The notes beneath the pieces were generated by a model. It was not told the origin of the DNA. It saw only the letters and a program-made list of their open reading frames with translations, and made no database searches. A stretch of 64,000 bases of DNA from Vicugna vicugna (taxonomy: Eukaryota), in assembly GCA_013265495.1 (NCBI GenBank), contig MU058654.1, positions 496,001 through 560,000 on the forward strand, given 5' to 3'. Position numbers and translations under genes: made by a program. Positions 61,350 through 64,000 of this stretch are shown piece by piece (within the stretch, counting starts at the first letter, position 1; the number at the start of each line of letters is the position of its first letter).

Positions 61350-61480
61350 GCTGTAGATTTAAAAGTCAGTTTCTCCCAGCCTAATGGGAGCTTTTGAGGA
61401 TAAAGGTGATACCTCTCTCTGTTGTTAGATCCTTAGTCTTCACCCAGAGTTGTGCTCAGTAAATGTTTGTGTGAATGAAC
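61350..61480 (+). mobile_element. LINE-2 3' end
   Basis: 'gggagcttttgaggataaagg...gtgctcagtaaatgtttgtgtgaatgaa'. Confidence 0.65.
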
Positions 61481-63716
61481 AGTAAAGTGGGGTCTTTCCA
61501 GATGCGAGCAAATGTTTTCCCACAGTTGTCCTCAGTTATTAGGTATCCCGGAAAAGATCCACTTCTCAGGCTGAGGCTGTGTGCTGTGCTCCTTAGAGAT
61601 CCAGGAGGCACATGAGCAGATTCCAGCTGAAAAGGGTGATAGAAGGGACCTTGTCTAACCCAGACTTTCCCAAACACACGGACCCAGGCTCCCCACACAG
61701 AGCAGGGGCCATGTCAGCCCCACCTCCTCACCCCTCACAGACTGTGCACAGACTTCTCTTCTGATGAGACAGATGTGAGGAGCTGCTCCCAGCCTCTGCC
61801 TCATTCTTCTCCCCACCCACATCTTCTCCTCTCTTACTTCTTTCTTCCTCTCTGCAGAACCATGTGTGCCACATGGATACCCTCGAATCTCGATCCCGAG
61901 AGCCTGTCCGCACACAACCATCCCCCTGGTCCTCAGCTGGATGTCATTTCTCCTGCACCGTATGCCGGCATCCTCAGCCCCACGGCTCCACTTCTCACCC
62001 TGTCCACCCTCCTTTCAGCCCATCGCCCCATCACTCCTACCCCTCAGGAACACAGCGTTCCCACAGCCCCCACATGCACACCCACCCACCCCCTGCTCCC
62101 TGTGTGTACCACCCGCTTGCCCCTAAGGCCCCCTTCCGTACCCCCTCATACACACAGGGAGAACCCCAGGGTGATCTTTCCCTAGACCCTGACAAGAGGC
62201 ATTGGGCCAGCTAAGAATTTACATCCTTCCCCAGAATCAAAGTCCCTGTGGATCTGTTTCTGAGTTTATTGGTAGGTTAGGTTTTAGCCAACAGTAGACA
62301 GCCCGACCCAAGTGCCTAGGGACCCCTGCATTCTGCTGAATTTGATGGGGGCCAACAGCTACCTTTACTGTAAAAGATCAAGCCATCTCCCCCAGGGTAA
62401 GTTAGAAGAATAAGCCACAGAAGGTGAAATTGAAGAAAACAAGGTCCAAATAGGCACTCCGTAGGATCTTTCTTCAGCTCCCGGGGCTCTTTGAAATGTG
62501 CTATGAGAAAAACAGAGCCAGCTTCCTTTAGTCATCTCTCATCTTTCCTCAGATTTCTTCCTAGTTAGGAGAATTCTGTAAGGGTCTGGGCAGGGCAGCC
62601 GCTGGGGTGGGGGCAGCAGTACCAGGTCTGCAGGGCACCTGCCCGCAGCAGTAGCAACCAGCGAAGGAACCCCCTAAACCTTTAAAGGGGTCCTCTTCCT
62701 GTTTTTTCAGGCAGCAACTCTGATGCACAAGGGTTGGCATGGACCTCCCACACCTGGCCTCCTGGCTGCCTTAGTCTGAGCTCTGTCTCCCACCTGTCCT
62801 CCGGTAGCATCGAACATCACGTCCCGGTAACCTCAAGGCATCGCCTAGGCTGCCGAACCTGACGGCAACCCCGAAGGCCTGGGTGCCCTTGGAAAATGCC
62901 TGAGGCCAAAATACACAGCAGTACTAAGACCCAATTCACTTGAGGGTTTGGAATTAGAAGATATTGACACAACAAATATCAACCTGGGATGAAGATATTG
63001 CAGACGATTGAAAGTAATGTTTCCCAATTATTCAACTAAATAGATCATTATTATGGACAACAATTGATTGTCACCCTGAGCACAGTGCTTTTGGACTCAG
63101 CAACTCCTTAGATTTTTGTATGTAAATGCTGTGGCCCTCTGGGACCACAATGCGCTCCCCATCTTTGGAGTTTATATGCAGCATCTAAGTCACAGTACTT
63201 CATTGTTAACTAAAAGCCGGCTTTGATTTTTTTTTTCACGCTGTCATTAGACCATATCTCATAAAATCTTTTGAATTAATGAAGCTTTTTAAAAAATAAA
63301 TTTAAAAGTAAAACAAAACAAAAAACGATTGTGTCTTTTTAACAACTCTTAGTGCAAGAGAAAGAAATTTAGGAATCACAGACTGGAACATCTCCTAAAG
63401 AGAGAGAGGAAGTGAGAGGATCTCACTTGACATTAGGAAAAATTAAACTACGTAGTAAGGAAGTTCTCGATCCTTCTCATTAGGGCAAGAAGAACATTCC
63501 AATTTGGTGATTCAGTTTCTCTACACTCCCATACCACACACTAATCGTCCTCTTCAGCCTGTAGGGACAGGCCTCAGGTCTGAGACTTGAGAACTGTCAT
63601 ATTTTCTTGTTTTTATTTTATTTGTTTTTTTCTTAATATTTATTTTCTCTTAATGGCAAGGAATGTTTGTTTTCCAGTTATGGGAATGGTATAAAGTTTT
63701 CTTTCAAAAATAAACA

Positions 63717-63850
63717 GAAAAGAATATGAAAACGAATATATGTATATATTTGCATGACTGGGACATTGTTCCGTGCACCAGAAATTGACACATTGTAACT
63801 GAATGTACTTCAATTAAAAAAAAATTAATAAATAAAAATAAAATAAATAA
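63717..63850 (+). mobile_element. Short L1 3' end with A-rich tail
   Basis: 'aaagaatatgaaaacgaatatatgtatatatttgcatgactgggacattg...gaaattgacacattgtaactga' plus (AAAT)n; same family as 3984-4100. Confidence 0.88.
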
Positions 63851-64000
63851 ACAAGCAAGCTCCAAGAGAGAGTCCACTGGGAGAACAAGGACTGAACAGA
63901 TCAGGGGGTGGTCTGCAGACACAGGTGCTGCTGTGGGGTGTGCGCCCTGGCAGGAGGGTGACCACGCCACAAAGGTGCTCTACGAACCACTGAAGGGTGG

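Noticed and set aside
61820..61860. Strong polypyrimidine tract + CAG acceptor (also near 62710)
   Set aside because: No matching donor or credible ORF downstream; such tracts are common in mammalian DNA

Overview
Mammalian non-coding genomic DNA, most likely from a camelid (alpaca, llama or camel). That assignment is inferred from four short tRNA-derived SINEs resembling the camelid vic-1 family and many related L1 3' ends. I found no protein-coding gene, rRNA, true tRNA, CRISPR array or CpG island that I can support. The only recognisable peptides in the ORF track are decayed transposon fragments (L1 ORF2 C-terminus, hAT transposase C-terminus). Roughly half the window is transposon-derived: young and old L1, L2, MIR, MLT1/MLT2, ERV1-like solo LTRs, MER82-like and Zaphod-like DNA elements. 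There is one 385-N assembly gap inside an L1. The strongest signals are (1) a ~430-bp cluster at 3190-3619 with three NF-kB sites, three STAT GAS sites, AP-1 and ETS, a candidate cytokine-inducible promoter or enhancer; (2) a cluster of LTRs at 50.6-55.6 kb that includes two same-family ~640-bp LTRs head-to-head, flanked by a convergent pair of CTCF motifs; (3) two 5'-inverted (twin-primed) L1 insertions and a candidate L1 3' transduction; (4) RFX X-box motifs and a few other candidate enhancers. I do not see evidence for a wholly new biological system. Repeat family names are from recall of consensus sequences and need RepeatMasker/Dfam confirmation. Boundaries of old repeats are approximate.
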